DNA of 64,000 bases, taken from assembly GCA_913043225.1 (NCBI GenBank), contig CAJWLU010000002.1, forward strand, positions 96,001-160,000. The letters are read 5' to 3'. Position 1 is the stretch's first letter, and each line of letters opens with the position of its first letter. Under the pieces are notes generated by a model, which was not told the origin of the DNA, did no database searches, and saw only the letters and a list, made by a program, of their open reading frames with translations. A program made the translations under genes and the position numbers. The DNA comes from an uncultured Acidobacteriota bacterium. Lineage in GTDB: Bacteria > Acidobacteriota > Vicinamibacteria > Vicinamibacterales > UBA8438. Below, in pieces: positions 1 through 10,027 of the stretch.

Positions 1-2
1 TG

Positions 3-440
3 AACCTCTGGCTGGATCGACCGGTACTCGACCGTTCGTTCGTCGGTCTGCCTGGACGGTCGATGCAGTGGGTGTTCGACAAGGGGCAGATCTTCGGCGG
101 GACAGCCTCGTACCTCTCACTCGTGTCGAGTGGTGCATCGGATTTGACGAGCGCGTCGACCGATACGCTCATTGCGCTGGCGACCGACGAGATTAGGTCG
201 GCGTTTCCGGCGGGGGTGGAAGCCGTGATCACCCGCGCCACGGTCGTGCGGGAGCCGCGCGCCACCTTCTCGTTGGCGCCGGGTCAGCCCTCGCGCCCCG
301 GAACCGAGACGCCTCTCGACGGGCTCTTCCTGGCGGGTGATTGGACCGACACCGGCCTCCCGGCTACGATCGAGGGAGCGGTTCAGAGTGGCCACCTGGC
401 AGCAGTTGCCACCCTGGCATATCTGCACGTTGCCGGTTGA
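3..440 (+). CDS. hpnE: Hydroxysqualene dehydroxylase HpnE-like FAD-dependent oxidoreductase, C-terminal part (runs off the window start)
   Basis: Frame is open from position 3 (NLWLDRP...QWVFDK); C-terminal LAGDWTDTGLPATIEGAVQSG is typical of HpnE/amine oxidase family. Confidence 0.75.
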   Translation, partial: NLWLDRPVLDRSFVGLPGRSMQWVFDKGQIFGGTASYLSLVSSGASDLTSASTDTLIALATDEIRSAFPAGVEAVITRATVVREPRATFSLAPGQPSRPGTETPLDGLFLAGDWTDTGLPATIEGAVQSGHLAAVATLAYLHVAG

Positions 441-461
441 CAGACGACCCGACACTCGACC

Positions 462-1661
462 ATGGCATCGGTACTGGTCCACTATCAGGAGATCGCGCTC
501 AAGGGGAAGAATCGCCCCTGGTTTGTCGAGCGGCTCGTCAGCAATATCAGGGCTGCCACTGCAGACCTAGCGCAGGTCAAGGTGCGTGCCCTCATGGGTC
601 GGATCGAGCTGCGGCACCCCGATGACGACGCGATCTGGGACGAGCTGAAGCGTCGCCTTGCACGAGTGCCTGGCATTGCCAACTACTCCCGAGCGATCCG
701 GACGCCTCGGGATCTGGACGCCATTGCCGAGACCGCGTTGGCGGAGCTGGCCGATGTAGAGGCAAGCAGCTTCCGCGTTAAGGCCCAGCGTGCCGACAAA
801 CGCTTTCCGTTGACGTCGCCAGAGATCGAACGCCAGCTGGGCGGGCGTCTCAAGGCGGCGCGCAACTGGACCGTCAGTTTGACGGCGCCCGGGTTGACCG
901 TGTGGGTCGAGATTCTGAACGACGAGGCCTTCTGCTATCTCCGGAAGGAGCCGGGCGCCGGCGGCCTACCCAGTGGGGTGAGCGGTCGGGTGGCCTGTCT
1001 CCTGTCGGGCGGGATCGATTCACCTGTGGCGGCATATCGGTTGATCAAGCGAGGCTGCCGGGTCCGCCTCGTACATTTCCACAGTTACCCGATTCTCTCG
1101 AATACGTCACAGGAGAAGGCGGTCGAACTCGCCGAGTTGCTGACTCGCTATCAGCTCGACAGCCGGCTATATCTGGTCGCCTTCGGCGAGATCCAGCGAC
1201 GAGTGGTGCTGGCGATCGCGCCACCGCTCCGGGTGGTCGTTTACCGCCGGCTGATGCTCAGAATTGCGGAGCGGATCGCGCGTCTGAGCGGGGCCGGGGC
1301 GCTGGTCACGGGCGAGGCGGTCGGACAGGTCGCCTCGCAAACGCTCGACAATATGGCAGTCATAGATGCGGTGGCCTCAATGCCCGTGTTTCGTCCGCTC
1401 GTCGGGATGGACAAGGAAGAGATTGTGAACGAAGCGAAGCACCTCGGGAGCTATGACGTCTCGATCATTCCAGACGAGGACTGCTGCACCCTGTTTGCGC
1501 CGAAACACCCGGCCACCCGCACTACTGAGAGGCAGCTGGAGGAGGCCGAGTCGGCCCTCGACATGGACGCGCTCGTCGACGAGGCCGTCGCCACTGCTGA
1601 AAGGCGGGATTTCAAGTTTCCTACCCCTGCGCTCACCGACACGCCGGTGCAAGCGGACTGA
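462..1661 (+). CDS. thiI: tRNA 4-thiouridine synthase ThiI (THUMP + PP-loop, no C-terminal rhodanese)
   Basis: EIALKGKNR start, PP-loop LLSGGIDSPVA, GEAVGQVASQT, EDCC. Confidence 0.95.
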   Translation: MASVLVHYQEIALKGKNRPWFVERLVSNIRAATADLAQVKVRALMGRIELRHPDDDAIWDELKRRLARVPGIANYSRAIRTPRDLDAIAETALAELADVEASSFRVKAQRADKRFPLTSPEIERQLGGRLKAARNWTVSLTAPGLTVWVEILNDEAFCYLRKEPGAGGLPSGVSGRVACLLSGGIDSPVAAYRLIKRGCRVRLVHFHSYPILSNTSQEKAVELAELLTRYQLDSRLYLVAFGEIQRRVVLAIAPPLRVVVYRRLMLRIAERIARLSGAGALVTGEAVGQVASQTLDNMAVIDAVASMPVFRPLVGMDKEEIVNEAKHLGSYDVSIIPDEDCCTLFAPKHPATRTTERQLEEAESALDMDALVDEAVATAERRDFKFPTPALTDTPVQAD

Positions 1662-1677
1662 GCATCCAGGGTGCCTG

Positions 1678-2211
1678 TTACTTGCAGTGGGGGTGGAGCA
1701 CCCCGGCGTAATAGTCCCGGAGCGCTTCGTGGGTGCTCTGGAACGCCAGGTCCTGCCAGGGCACTTGGTCGGCGCTGAAGGTACCAATCTCGATGCTCTC
1801 TTCGTCGTGATCGAGCTCGCCGCCCACTGCCGTCGCAGCGTAGACGATGATAACCGGCGGCCGCCGCGGGTAGGAGTAGATACTGATCAGGCCGTCGAGA
1901 CGGATTTCGAGTCCGGCTTCCTCGCGGGCTTCTCGAAGCGCGGCGTCGGTGACGACCTCGCCTCGGTCGACATAGCCACCCGGAAATACCCACAAGCCGT
2001 ACCCGGGCTCGATCGCGCGTCGCACAAGCACGATCTTGTTGTTTGGCATTGAGATGATCGTGCCGACCGCAACCTTTGGATCGAAGTACACGACATAGCC
2101 GCAGGCGGTGCAGACCAATCGCGCCGGGTCGCCCTTTTTGAGCAGGCGCGACTCGAGCATTTCGCTACAGAGCGGGCAAAAGCGGTATGGGCCTTGCCGT
2201 TCCACATGCAT
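1678..2211 (-). CDS. NUDIX hydrolase with N-terminal zinc ribbon
   Basis: FCPLC...CTAC zinc ribbon; Nudix box PGGYVDRGEVVTDAALREAREEAG; start at MHVER chosen to avoid overlap. Confidence 0.9.
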   Translation of the reverse strand: MHVERQGPYRFCPLCSEMLESRLLKKGDPARLVCTACGYVVYFDPKVAVGTIISMPNNKIVLVRRAIEPGYGLWVFPGGYVDRGEVVTDAALREAREEAGLEIRLDGLISIYSYPRRPPVIIVYAATAVGGELDHDEESIEIGTFSADQVPWQDLAFQSTHEALRDYYAGVLHPHCK

Positions 2212-2237
2212 ACGGTTGTCTTGGCCGTCGCGCGCGG

Positions 2238-3026
2238 CTAGATCCAGCCCTTGGCCCAGTAGTAGCCGAGCCCGATGTAGTCGTAGATCGCTTGTTGGCT
2301 GATCCGGAGGTGTCGGAGTTGAGGCCCCCACTCCCGCGTGTCCCGACTCGACCGCATCGTGCCGGGGGACGGGATAGGATCGAGCCCCTGCGTCCTGAAG
2401 GTCATGGTTGCGCGGCGGATATGCGTGGGGGAGGTCACCAGCAGGAACCGCCGGACCCCGTGCTTGCGGAGCAGGGGAGCGAGTCTGACCGCGTGCTGAT
2501 AGGTGTTCCCGGAACGGGCTTCGACGATGATCTGATCGCGAGGGACACCCAGTGCGGCAAGCTCTTGGCTGAGCAGCGCCGCAAGCGACTGGGCCTTGGA
2601 CCCGTAATTGCTCGGTCCGCCAGAGGTGAACACGAGCGCCTGTGGGATGAGCGCGTGCAATCGAGCCGCCTCGAACACGCGGAGCGCGCCGACCCCGCTG
2701 ATCTGCTCGATTTCGTGGCCGTGAGCCGCCACCGTGTTACTGTCGGCCGCGAGTACGACGATGGCGGTGGCGCCGTCGGTGTCTTGCAGGCTTTCGATTG
2801 GGGCGAACTCGCGCGAGAGGCCCCACACCAGCAGGTCAGCGCCCTGGGGGGTGCTGATGCCCAGGTAGGTTACAACGAGCGCCGTCAGCCAGACCTTGCC
2901 CAACCTGGTCAGGCGCTCCCTCCCCCATAGCATGGCCACGCCGACAGCGAGACCAACGAACAGGAACTCGATCGAGCCAGGAAAGAACCAGCGTCTGAAG
3001 AAATCACTCAGAGCGGACAATGACAT
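2238..3026 (-). CDS. YdcF/DUF218 family membrane protein (ElyC-like)
   Basis: N-terminal TM helices, FTSGG, EARSGNTYQHA, LLVTSPTHIRRA. Confidence 0.85.
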   Translation of the reverse strand: MSLSALSDFFRRWFFPGSIEFLFVGLAVGVAMLWGRERLTRLGKVWLTALVVTYLGISTPQGADLLVWGLSREFAPIESLQDTDGATAIVVLAADSNTVAAHGHEIEQISGVGALRVFEAARLHALIPQALVFTSGGPSNYGSKAQSLAALLSQELAALGVPRDQIIVEARSGNTYQHAVRLAPLLRKHGVRRFLLVTSPTHIRRATMTFRTQGLDPIPSPGTMRSSRDTREWGPQLRHLRISQQAIYDYIGLGYYWAKGWI

Positions 3027-3104
3027 CCTGCCGTCGCCATTCTCCCCCGAGGCGAAGCTGTGAGTCGAGCCGGGCTCGTAAGCCGGACGGTATAATTCGT
3101 GGCC

Positions 3105-3629
3105 ATGTCGATCCTCAAGGTGGCCCGGATGGGTCACCCAGTGCTCCGTGAGCAAGCTCGGCCTCTCGAGTTATCCGAGATCTCCACACCCCGAATCCAG
3201 CGATTGATCGACGACATGTTCGAGACGATGCACGACAGTCAGGGCATAGGGCTGGCAGGGCCGCAGGTGCACGAGAGCATCCGAGTGTTCGTGGCCGGAG
3301 TGGACGACGAGGATGCGGGCATGCCTCCGGTGGTGATGATCAACCCCGAGATCACACCGATCGGCTCTGAGGTCGTAGAGGACTGGGAGGGATGCCTTAG
3401 TATCCCAGACATTCGAGGTAGAGTGCCTCGGGCCCTGGAAATCCGCATCGGGGCACTGGACCGTCACGGTAATCCGATCGCGATGACTGTATCCGGCTAT
3501 CCGGCCCGGGTCGTCCAGCACGAGACTGACCATCTCGACGGAGTCCTGTTTTTCGATCGGATGACGTCGTTCGACAGCCTCACCTTCCTTGAGGAGTACT
3601 CCCGCTACTGGACCGGCAAGGAGACGTAG
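3105..3629 (+). CDS. def: Peptide deformylase
   Basis: GIGLAGPQ, EGCLS and QHETDHLDG motifs. Confidence 0.97.
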   Translation: MSILKVARMGHPVLREQARPLELSEISTPRIQRLIDDMFETMHDSQGIGLAGPQVHESIRVFVAGVDDEDAGMPPVVMINPEITPIGSEVVEDWEGCLSIPDIRGRVPRALEIRIGALDRHGNPIAMTVSGYPARVVQHETDHLDGVLFFDRMTSFDSLTFLEEYSRYWTGKET

Positions 3630-3635
3630 GCGGCG

Positions 3636-3813
3636 CGGGGTTCTCGGATCGTGGCGACGTATCGAAGACGCCTGGATCTATTTCGATGAGGAGGGAGCTC
3701 TCATTCGAGCTAGGTATTCCACCGGTCGCGATGGCGTGATCGATCGGATCGAACGTTTCCGCGACGGACAGGTCGTCGAGGTCGAGACGCCAGGGGCTGC
3801 TTCCATCCGGTAG
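3636..3813 (+). pseudogene. Fragment of a D-x-x-x-DG-x-x-D repeat exported protein
   Basis: GFSDRGD/(frameshift)IEDAWIYFDEEGALIRARYSTGRDGVIDRIERF resembles the relic at 10028-10640; no start codon or RBS. Confidence 0.55.
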
Positions 3814-3814
3814 C

Positions 3815-5419
3815 TCAGTCGGGGGCCGCAGCCTGGCGGCGCCGCTCGTTTGCTCGCTCCGCTCCCAATCGTTCCAGCTCGACCGAGGTGTGGTCGGCGT
3901 ATGACATCGCCTCGGCGAGGGCTCGGTGGCCCGCCTGCTCGGCGATCAGGGTGTGCATCCGCTGGCACACCCGCCGGTAGGCGGGATGGCCCTGCGGCGC
4001 CGTTCGCAGTTCGATCACGTGCATCGCCTCACGGGCGTTCATCTGCATCCGGTAACGCAGTCGATACGCCATCGGCACGCAGTACTGGGCGGTCGTCGGC
4101 ATCTCGGCGCTCCACTTGTCGTAGAGCGCGCGGGTCCGATCCATGACCCGCTGCCAGTCGTCGGCCGCGCCGATCTCCTCGATGGCCGCCGGCTCGGTGT
4201 ACCCGTGGTCGGTCGAGAGACGCTGCCACTCGATGGTGAGCAGGCGGTGACGCTGCAGGTCACGGAATGCGCCGTAGTCGGACAGTAGGTCGAAGCAATA
4301 GTCGGTGCGTTCGAACGCTCGGCCCGGTCGGTGGCGCCGGTTGGCGCGGTTGCCGACATAGGCCTTGAGCAGGGCGACCCGGTCATCGACGTTCATTCCC
4401 CGGGCCACCGATATCAGCTGTTCCTCGGGGAGCCGAGACGACTGGTAGAGGATGGCCGCCACGACCTTCACTTCGCCTTCGGGGTCGAAGTCGGCCAGCG
4501 TGACTTCCTCGCGGGGCTCGGGTTCGAGCCCCGCCAAAATACGGCTGGTCTCGGCCTCACTGTTGCGGCGGGTCGCTGCCAGATACTCGCTCCAGCGCAC
4601 TCCACGATCCCGCCGGTCGACGCGGGTCAGGAAAGCGGGGATCAGCTTTCGGAGCTCGGTCAGGATCTGACCGGCGCACTCACGGCTTTCGGCGAGCGGG
4701 TGTGCACGCAACCTAAGCAGAAGCGCTTCGAACGCCTGCCCCGACCCGAAGATGCCGACGTTCGAACGGGTAGCTGCCGGAAGCAATCCGCGCAGTGTAT
4801 CCAGCGCCTTGGCCCGGATGGCGGCGCGATAGACTGCCTCGGAGTCCCCATCCGTGCGGGGGTGTTTCCTGCGGTAGTGTTCCTGAGCCTGTTCGAACCA
4901 CTGAGCATAGGTGGCGAAAGCGTCGTCCAGCGTCTCTCGATAGCGCACCTGCAGCGGGTGGCCTTCGAGTTCCGTAGGCACGATGTATTTCCACCGTCCG
5001 CCCGGGCGGTCGGTGTAGGGGACGTATCGCGTGGACTGCTCGAGGTAGGCCATGAGACGGCCACGCTCGAGCACCTTCGTCAAGATGTTTGATACTCCTT
5101 CACAGGCGATGTGCGCGCCTCCCAGCTGAGCGACCGAGTCGTCGCCGTAGTCACCGAAGACCCGTTCATACAGTCGTTCGGCACGTTCGACGCCTACCGT
5201 CTCACTGGCGCCGGACGCTACCGCCTCGTGAAATTCGTCCAGAAACAGACGCCGGACCGACTTAGCAGAACGGGAATAGCGCGCGAACAGCGCGCCCTTC
5301 ACGACCTCGGGCAGATTGCGCAACGCGAAGACCGGTCGGTCGACGTTGGTGAAGTACGGAGCGAGGGCGCGACGTTCGTTCGCGGTAAAGTCTTCGACGG
5401 GAGAAAGAGAATCTAGCAC
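3815..5419 (-). CDS. thyX: FAD-dependent thymidylate synthase, long duplicated ThyX-domain form
   Basis: ALFARYSRS, YGDDSVAQLG, EQSTRY, RDLQRHR, ELRT...GHP; GTG start estimated. Confidence 0.9.
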   Translation of the reverse strand: MLDSLSPVEDFTANERRALAPYFTNVDRPVFALRNLPEVVKGALFARYSRSAKSVRRLFLDEFHEAVASGASETVGVERAERLYERVFGDYGDDSVAQLGGAHIACEGVSNILTKVLERGRLMAYLEQSTRYVPYTDRPGGRWKYIVPTELEGHPLQVRYRETLDDAFATYAQWFEQAQEHYRRKHPRTDGDSEAVYRAAIRAKALDTLRGLLPAATRSNVGIFGSGQAFEALLLRLRAHPLAESRECAGQILTELRKLIPAFLTRVDRRDRGVRWSEYLAATRRNSEAETSRILAGLEPEPREEVTLADFDPEGEVKVVAAILYQSSRLPEEQLISVARGMNVDDRVALLKAYVGNRANRRHRPGRAFERTDYCFDLLSDYGAFRDLQRHRLLTIEWQRLSTDHGYTEPAAIEEIGAADDWQRVMDRTRALYDKWSAEMPTTAQYCVPMAYRLRYRMQMNAREAMHVIELRTAPQGHPAYRRVCQRMHTLIAEQAGHRALAEAMSYADHTSVELERLGAERANERRRQAAAPD

Positions 5420-5473
5420 GCGTATAATTGTCGTCCGTTTTCCGCGTTCCCGTAACCGCGTTTTACCCAACCC

Positions 5474-6268
5474 GTGGATGTTACGCTGTTGCCCGGTTTC
5501 AACCCCGGGCCCTTCACCGGCGCCGGCAACAACACCTACCTGCTGACCGGAAGTCACCCGACGCTCATCGACGCTGGGACGGGTGAGTCCCGTCATCTCG
5601 TGGCGCTTGATGAAGCACTAGCCGGGGCTCGACTGGAGCAAGTGCTGGTCACACACGCTCATTCCGATCACGCCAAAGGTAGCTTAGCAGTGGCGGCGCA
5701 GTCGCCCGGTGTCGTCTTCAGGAAGGTCCCGTGGCCGGAGTTGGACGGACGCTACGGGGTGAGCTGGCAACCGATCGCCGACGGCGACGAGATAGAGGCT
5801 GGGGACGGGCGGCTGCGCGTCCTCCACACTCCTGGGCACGCACCAGACCACGTGTGTCTCTATGATGAGCCCACGGGTACATTGTTCGTGGCTGATCTGG
5901 TGGTGCTCGGCAGTTCGGTCGTGATCCCGGCCAGTCGTGGAGGCAGCCTGACCGATTATCTGCGTTCGCTCCGTCGCATCCTGGAGCTGGCGCCGGCTAG
6001 GATGCTGCCCGCCCACGGTGAGCCGATCGACGATCCGCGAGCCGTCCTGCTCGAGTATCTGGAGCATCGGCAGCGCCGCGAAGAGCAGGTGCTCACCGCT
6101 CTCGAGGCGGGGGCCAGGACCGCGGACACGATCGTGACCCGGATCTACCCCCAACTGGCCACTTCGCTGTTGGATGCGGCGCGGGAGAATGTGCTGGCTC
6201 ACCTGTGCAAGCTCCGGGACGATGGGCGCGTTACCTCGGACAAGGAGGCATGGGAGCTGGTGCGGTGA
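5474..6268 (+). CDS. MBL-fold metallo-hydrolase (LACTB2-like with C-terminal winged helix)
   Basis: NPGPFTGAGNNTY, THAHSDH, HTPGHAPDH, PAHG. Confidence 0.9.
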   Translation: MDVTLLPGFNPGPFTGAGNNTYLLTGSHPTLIDAGTGESRHLVALDEALAGARLEQVLVTHAHSDHAKGSLAVAAQSPGVVFRKVPWPELDGRYGVSWQPIADGDEIEAGDGRLRVLHTPGHAPDHVCLYDEPTGTLFVADLVVLGSSVVIPASRGGSLTDYLRSLRRILELAPARMLPAHGEPIDDPRAVLLEYLEHRQRREEQVLTALEAGARTADTIVTRIYPQLATSLLDAARENVLAHLCKLRDDGRVTSDKEAWELVR

Positions 6269-7599
6269 TGGTGGCCTTCCTGGAGCAGCGGTTCCAGCTC
6301 GAGGCTAATGGCACCAGCGTCAGCACCGAAGTTCTCGCCGGTTGCACGACCTTTCTCACACTCGCCTACATCCTCTTCGTGCAGCCGGCGCTGCTCAGTT
6401 CGCTCGGTCTCGATTTCGGGGCCGTTTTCGTCGCCACGTGCCTGGCCTCCGCCTTGGCCACCCTGCTGATGGCCGGACTGGCCAACTACCCGATCGCGGT
6501 GGCGCCCGCGATGGGGCACAACTTCTACTTCGCCTTCACCGTTGTTGGCGCTATGGCGGTGCCTTGGGAGGTGGCCCTCGGTGGGGTCGCGATCGCGGGC
6601 GCGTTATTTGTGGTCACGGCCGGGTTCGGGCTGCGCGAGCTCCTCATCACGGCGATCCCCATGTCCTTGAAGTACGCCATCGCCACAGGCATCGGTCTAC
6701 TGATCGCCATGATCGGGTTTCAGTGGGCCGGCATCATCGTGGCCTCACCCGGGACCCTGGTCGCGCTCGGCAACCTCCGGACGTTGCCGGTGTTGGTGTC
6801 ACTGGCGGGACTGGTGGTGATGGCCGGGCTCTGGGTACGTGGGGTGCGGGGGGCGATCCTCATCGGTATCCTCGCCGCCACCGGTGTCGCCTGGTTTGGT
6901 GGGCTCATCGAGCCGCAGGGTGTCGCCAGCTTGCCGCCGTCGTTGCTGCCGACTTTGGGACAGCTCGACGTGCTCGGCGCTCTCCGTCCGGAGATGGCGG
7001 GCGTCATCTTCGTGTTCTTTTTCCTTGCCCTGTTCGATTCGGTCGGCACGCTGGTTGCCGTGGGGGAGCAGGCGGGGCTGATGCGTGACGGCAAGCTGCC
7101 TCGGGCTCGTGGTGCGCTCCTCGCCGACGCGATCGGCACGGTGGTAGGGGCGGGGTTGGGTACGTCGACCGTAACTGCCTATGTCGAGAGCGCGACCGGC
7201 GTGGCCGCGGGTGGGCGCACCGGTCTGACGGCGGTGGTCATCGCCGCGCTGTTTCTGCTCTCTCTTTTCTTCTCGCCGCTCGTGAGCATGATCGGCGGCG
7301 GTTACGACGCCGGCGGCGGGGTGACTCTCTACCCGGTGGTGGCGCCTGCCCTGATCCTGGTGGGGACGATGATGGTACGCGGTGTGCGTCGGATCGACTG
7401 GGACGATCCGACCGAGGCGCTGCCGGCGTTCCTGACTATCATGGTGATGCCGCTGACCATCAGCATCACCGACGGGGTCGCATTCGGTTTCGTGGCTTGG
7501 GTGAGCCTGAAGCTGGCGTGCGGACGGGCCAGTGAGGTGCACTGGCTCCTCTATCTCTTCGCCGTCCTGTTTCTCTTCAGATACGCCGCTCTTGCCTAG
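6268..7599 (+). CDS. NCS2/AzgA-type purine permease
   Basis: TEVLAGCTTFLT, APAMG, FDSVGT, YVESATGVAAGGRTGLT; many TM helices; TGATG coupling to the upstream gene. Confidence 0.92.
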   Translation: MVAFLEQRFQLEANGTSVSTEVLAGCTTFLTLAYILFVQPALLSSLGLDFGAVFVATCLASALATLLMAGLANYPIAVAPAMGHNFYFAFTVVGAMAVPWEVALGGVAIAGALFVVTAGFGLRELLITAIPMSLKYAIATGIGLLIAMIGFQWAGIIVASPGTLVALGNLRTLPVLVSLAGLVVMAGLWVRGVRGAILIGILAATGVAWFGGLIEPQGVASLPPSLLPTLGQLDVLGALRPEMAGVIFVFFFLALFDSVGTLVAVGEQAGLMRDGKLPRARGALLADAIGTVVGAGLGTSTVTAYVESATGVAAGGRTGLTAVVIAALFLLSLFFSPLVSMIGGGYDAGGGVTLYPVVAPALILVGTMMVRGVRRIDWDDPTEALPAFLTIMVMPLTISITDGVAFGFVAWVSLKLACGRASEVHWLLYLFAVLFLFRYAALA

Positions 7600-7608
7600 C
7601 CAGGCGGT

Positions 7609-8724
7609 TCAGTTGAGCCACTTGAGTACCGCATCTACAACCCGATCCTGCTCCTCGACCGTCATCTCGGGGAACAGAGGCAGGCTCACGATCTCGTCCT
7701 GATAGCGGGTCGAGACGGGGAAGTCCTCGGCCCGTAGGTCCAGATGCCGATGCGCCGCCAGGTTGGGCAGGCTGATGGGATAGTGCACGCCGCTGGCGAT
7801 CTCACGATCCGCGAGGAACTGTCGGAGTCCGTCCCGGTCGGCACAGCGCGTGACATAGAGGTGAAAGACGTGCTCGTTGCCTTCCGGCAGCGTGGGCGGG
7901 ACCAGCCGGTCAGCCACCTCGGTCAGCCGCTCCACATATCGGTGAGCAAGTTTTCGTCGGCTCTCTGACCATGCTGGCAGGTGTCTGAGCTTTACGCTCA
8001 GGATGGCCGCCTGCAGTGTGTCGAGACGACTGTTGTGTCCGGAGAGCACGTGGTCAGACTTGCCGACGCGCCCGTGGTTTGCCAGTTTTCTGACCTGCTC
8101 GGCCAGCTCGGCATCGCGGGTCACCACGGCGCCGCCATCGCCGAACGCCCCCAGGTTCTTGCCAGGGTAGAAGCTGAAGGCCGCCATATCGCCGAAGCTG
8201 CCAGCGGCGCCTTCCTCAGATCTGGCATCGTGGGCCTGGGCGGCGTCTTCGAGCACCTTGACTCCGGCCTTCCGGGCGAGGTCCATCAGCCGAGGCATGT
8301 CCACCAGCAGGCCGTAGAGGTGAACTGGCACGATGGCCTTGACCCGTGGCGCTCGCGATGTGAGCGCGTTCTCGACCTGGTTGAGGTCGAGCGTGTAGCG
8401 GTTGGGGTCACAGTCGATGAACACCGGCGTGGCGCCGGTCATCGTGATCGCCTCGGCAGTGGCTACGAAGCTGTTGGCGGCCGTGATCACCTCGTCGCCG
8501 GGCCCGACGCCAAGGGCTAGAAGCGCCAGGAACAAGGCGTCGGTGCCGTTGCCGACGCCGACGCAGTGATCCACGCCGCACAGGCTGGCGAACGCCTCCT
8601 CGAATTGGCCGACCTCAGGGCCACCGACGAAATGACAGTGATCGAGAACCGCGTCAATTACCGGCTGTAGTTCGTCGGCGATCGAATGGCGCTGGCGCTG
8701 GAGATCGACCAGGGGCAGATTCAC
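7609..8724 (-). CDS. DegT/DnrJ/EryC1/StrS family PLP sugar aminotransferase
   Basis: GNGTDAL, VHLYG, EDAAQAH, SFYPGKNLGAFGDGG, NSRLDTLQAA; RBS AGGAG. Confidence 0.95.
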   Translation of the reverse strand: MNLPLVDLQRQRHSIADELQPVIDAVLDHCHFVGGPEVGQFEEAFASLCGVDHCVGVGNGTDALFLALLALGVGPGDEVITAANSFVATAEAITMTGATPVFIDCDPNRYTLDLNQVENALTSRAPRVKAIVPVHLYGLLVDMPRLMDLARKAGVKVLEDAAQAHDARSEEGAAGSFGDMAAFSFYPGKNLGAFGDGGAVVTRDAELAEQVRKLANHGRVGKSDHVLSGHNSRLDTLQAAILSVKLRHLPAWSESRRKLAHRYVERLTEVADRLVPPTLPEGNEHVFHLYVTRCADRDGLRQFLADREIASGVHYPISLPNLAAHRHLDLRAEDFPVSTRYQDEIVSLPLFPEMTVEEQDRVVDAVLKWLN

Positions 8725-8847
8725 GAGATGTTCTCCTGGCTCTTCTCCGGTCGGCTCAGCCGGCTTCGCTTGGGGACGAAACGCTCTTTGAGCGCGTGGA
8801 GGTAGATGTAGCGACTGGCGAGAAACGCGCGAGAGGACACGGGAATC

Positions 8848-9174
8848 TTGGCCCGACTATTTCCGCGGGCCGATGGTTTCAAGCAGTTCAGGTGTGAAAC
8901 GGGCAACGACAACGCCATGGTACACTCCCTTGGCTTACCTATAAAGCACGCGCGGGCGGAGATGACTGTGGACGATTCTGAGAGGTTTCTAGCCCGTTCG
9001 GACGAGCTTGATTCGATTCCAGACGAGCAACGGATGCTGCCACCGTTCCTGCTTGGGCTGGAGTGGGTCGACCGGGTCGCGACGTCCGTCCCTCTGATCA
9101 GACGGCTTGCGTGGTTATTCACGTTCGAGCAGCGGTCCCGGAAGACCGAGCATGCTCTCGAGGCCCTCGGATGA
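8848..9174 (+). pseudogene. Probable C-terminal relic of a class I SAM methyltransferase from a glycan cluster
   Basis: Tail LEWVDRVATSVPLIRRLAWLFTFE resembles methyltransferase C-termini in polysaccharide loci; no SAM-binding motif or good start. Confidence 0.35.
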
Positions 9175-10016
9175 GTGAGACGCCGTCAAGCTACGCCCAC
9201 CCGGGGCTGCTGGTCGATGCCACCGAGCTCGTGGAACTTCTGGCGGGAGGGGAACCTCCGGTGCTCCTTGACTTACGTCCGGCCGAGGCGTACGCCGCTG
9301 GCCATATCCCCGGGGCCGCGCACCTGGATCTCTTTGGGTTAAGTCTGATTGATACCGATCCGGCGCCGCTGGCCGCCTTTGCCTGGATGATCGGCCACCT
9401 GCTGGCATCGCGAGGGGTGGAGTCGGACCGGACGGTCGTAGTCTATGACGAGCAGTCCGGGATCCGGGCGGCGAGAGCCTTCTGGTTCCTCGAGTTCTTC
9501 GCGCATTCCGGGCCGAGATTGCTCGACGGGGGCTTCGGCGCCTGGGGCGAGGCGGGCGGAGAGATCACGACCGTCGCGAATGCACCCCGGGCGACCAAGT
9601 GGGTACCAGGTCGAGATGATGGGACCCTCGCTACTTGGCAAGATCTGCGCGATTGCCTGGGCTCCAGCGAGGTCGCCGTGCTCGACACCCGTTCCGACGG
9701 CGAGTACTGCGGAACCACGGTCCGTGCAGCCCGGGGCGGCGCTGTGCCAGGTGCGGTACACATCGAGTGGAAGCAGAATCTCGACGACCGTGGACGCTTC
9801 AAATCTGGTGAGGCGCTTCGGGCGATGTACGAGTCGGCGGGGATCACGGCCGAGCGAGAGATCGTGACGTACTGTCAGGGTGGTTATCGCGCCGCGCACA
9901 GCTATCTCGCCCTCCGCCTTCTCGGTTTCCCACGCGTCCGGAACTATATAGGCTCCTGGAAGGAGTGGGGCGACCGGATGGACCTGCCGATCGAGCAGCC
10001 GACCCCGCGTGAGTAG
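9171..10016 (+). CDS. Two-domain rhodanese/thiosulfate sulfurtransferase
   Basis: YAAGHIPGA, LDGG, active-site loop YCQGGYRA, YIGSWKEW. Confidence 0.93.
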   Translation: MSETPSSYAHPGLLVDATELVELLAGGEPPVLLDLRPAEAYAAGHIPGAAHLDLFGLSLIDTDPAPLAAFAWMIGHLLASRGVESDRTVVVYDEQSGIRAARAFWFLEFFAHSGPRLLDGGFGAWGEAGGEITTVANAPRATKWVPGRDDGTLATWQDLRDCLGSSEVAVLDTRSDGEYCGTTVRAARGGAVPGAVHIEWKQNLDDRGRFKSGEALRAMYESAGITAEREIVTYCQGGYRAAHSYLALRLLGFPRVRNYIGSWKEWGDRMDLPIEQPTPRE

Positions 10017-10027
10017 GCCCGATAAGG

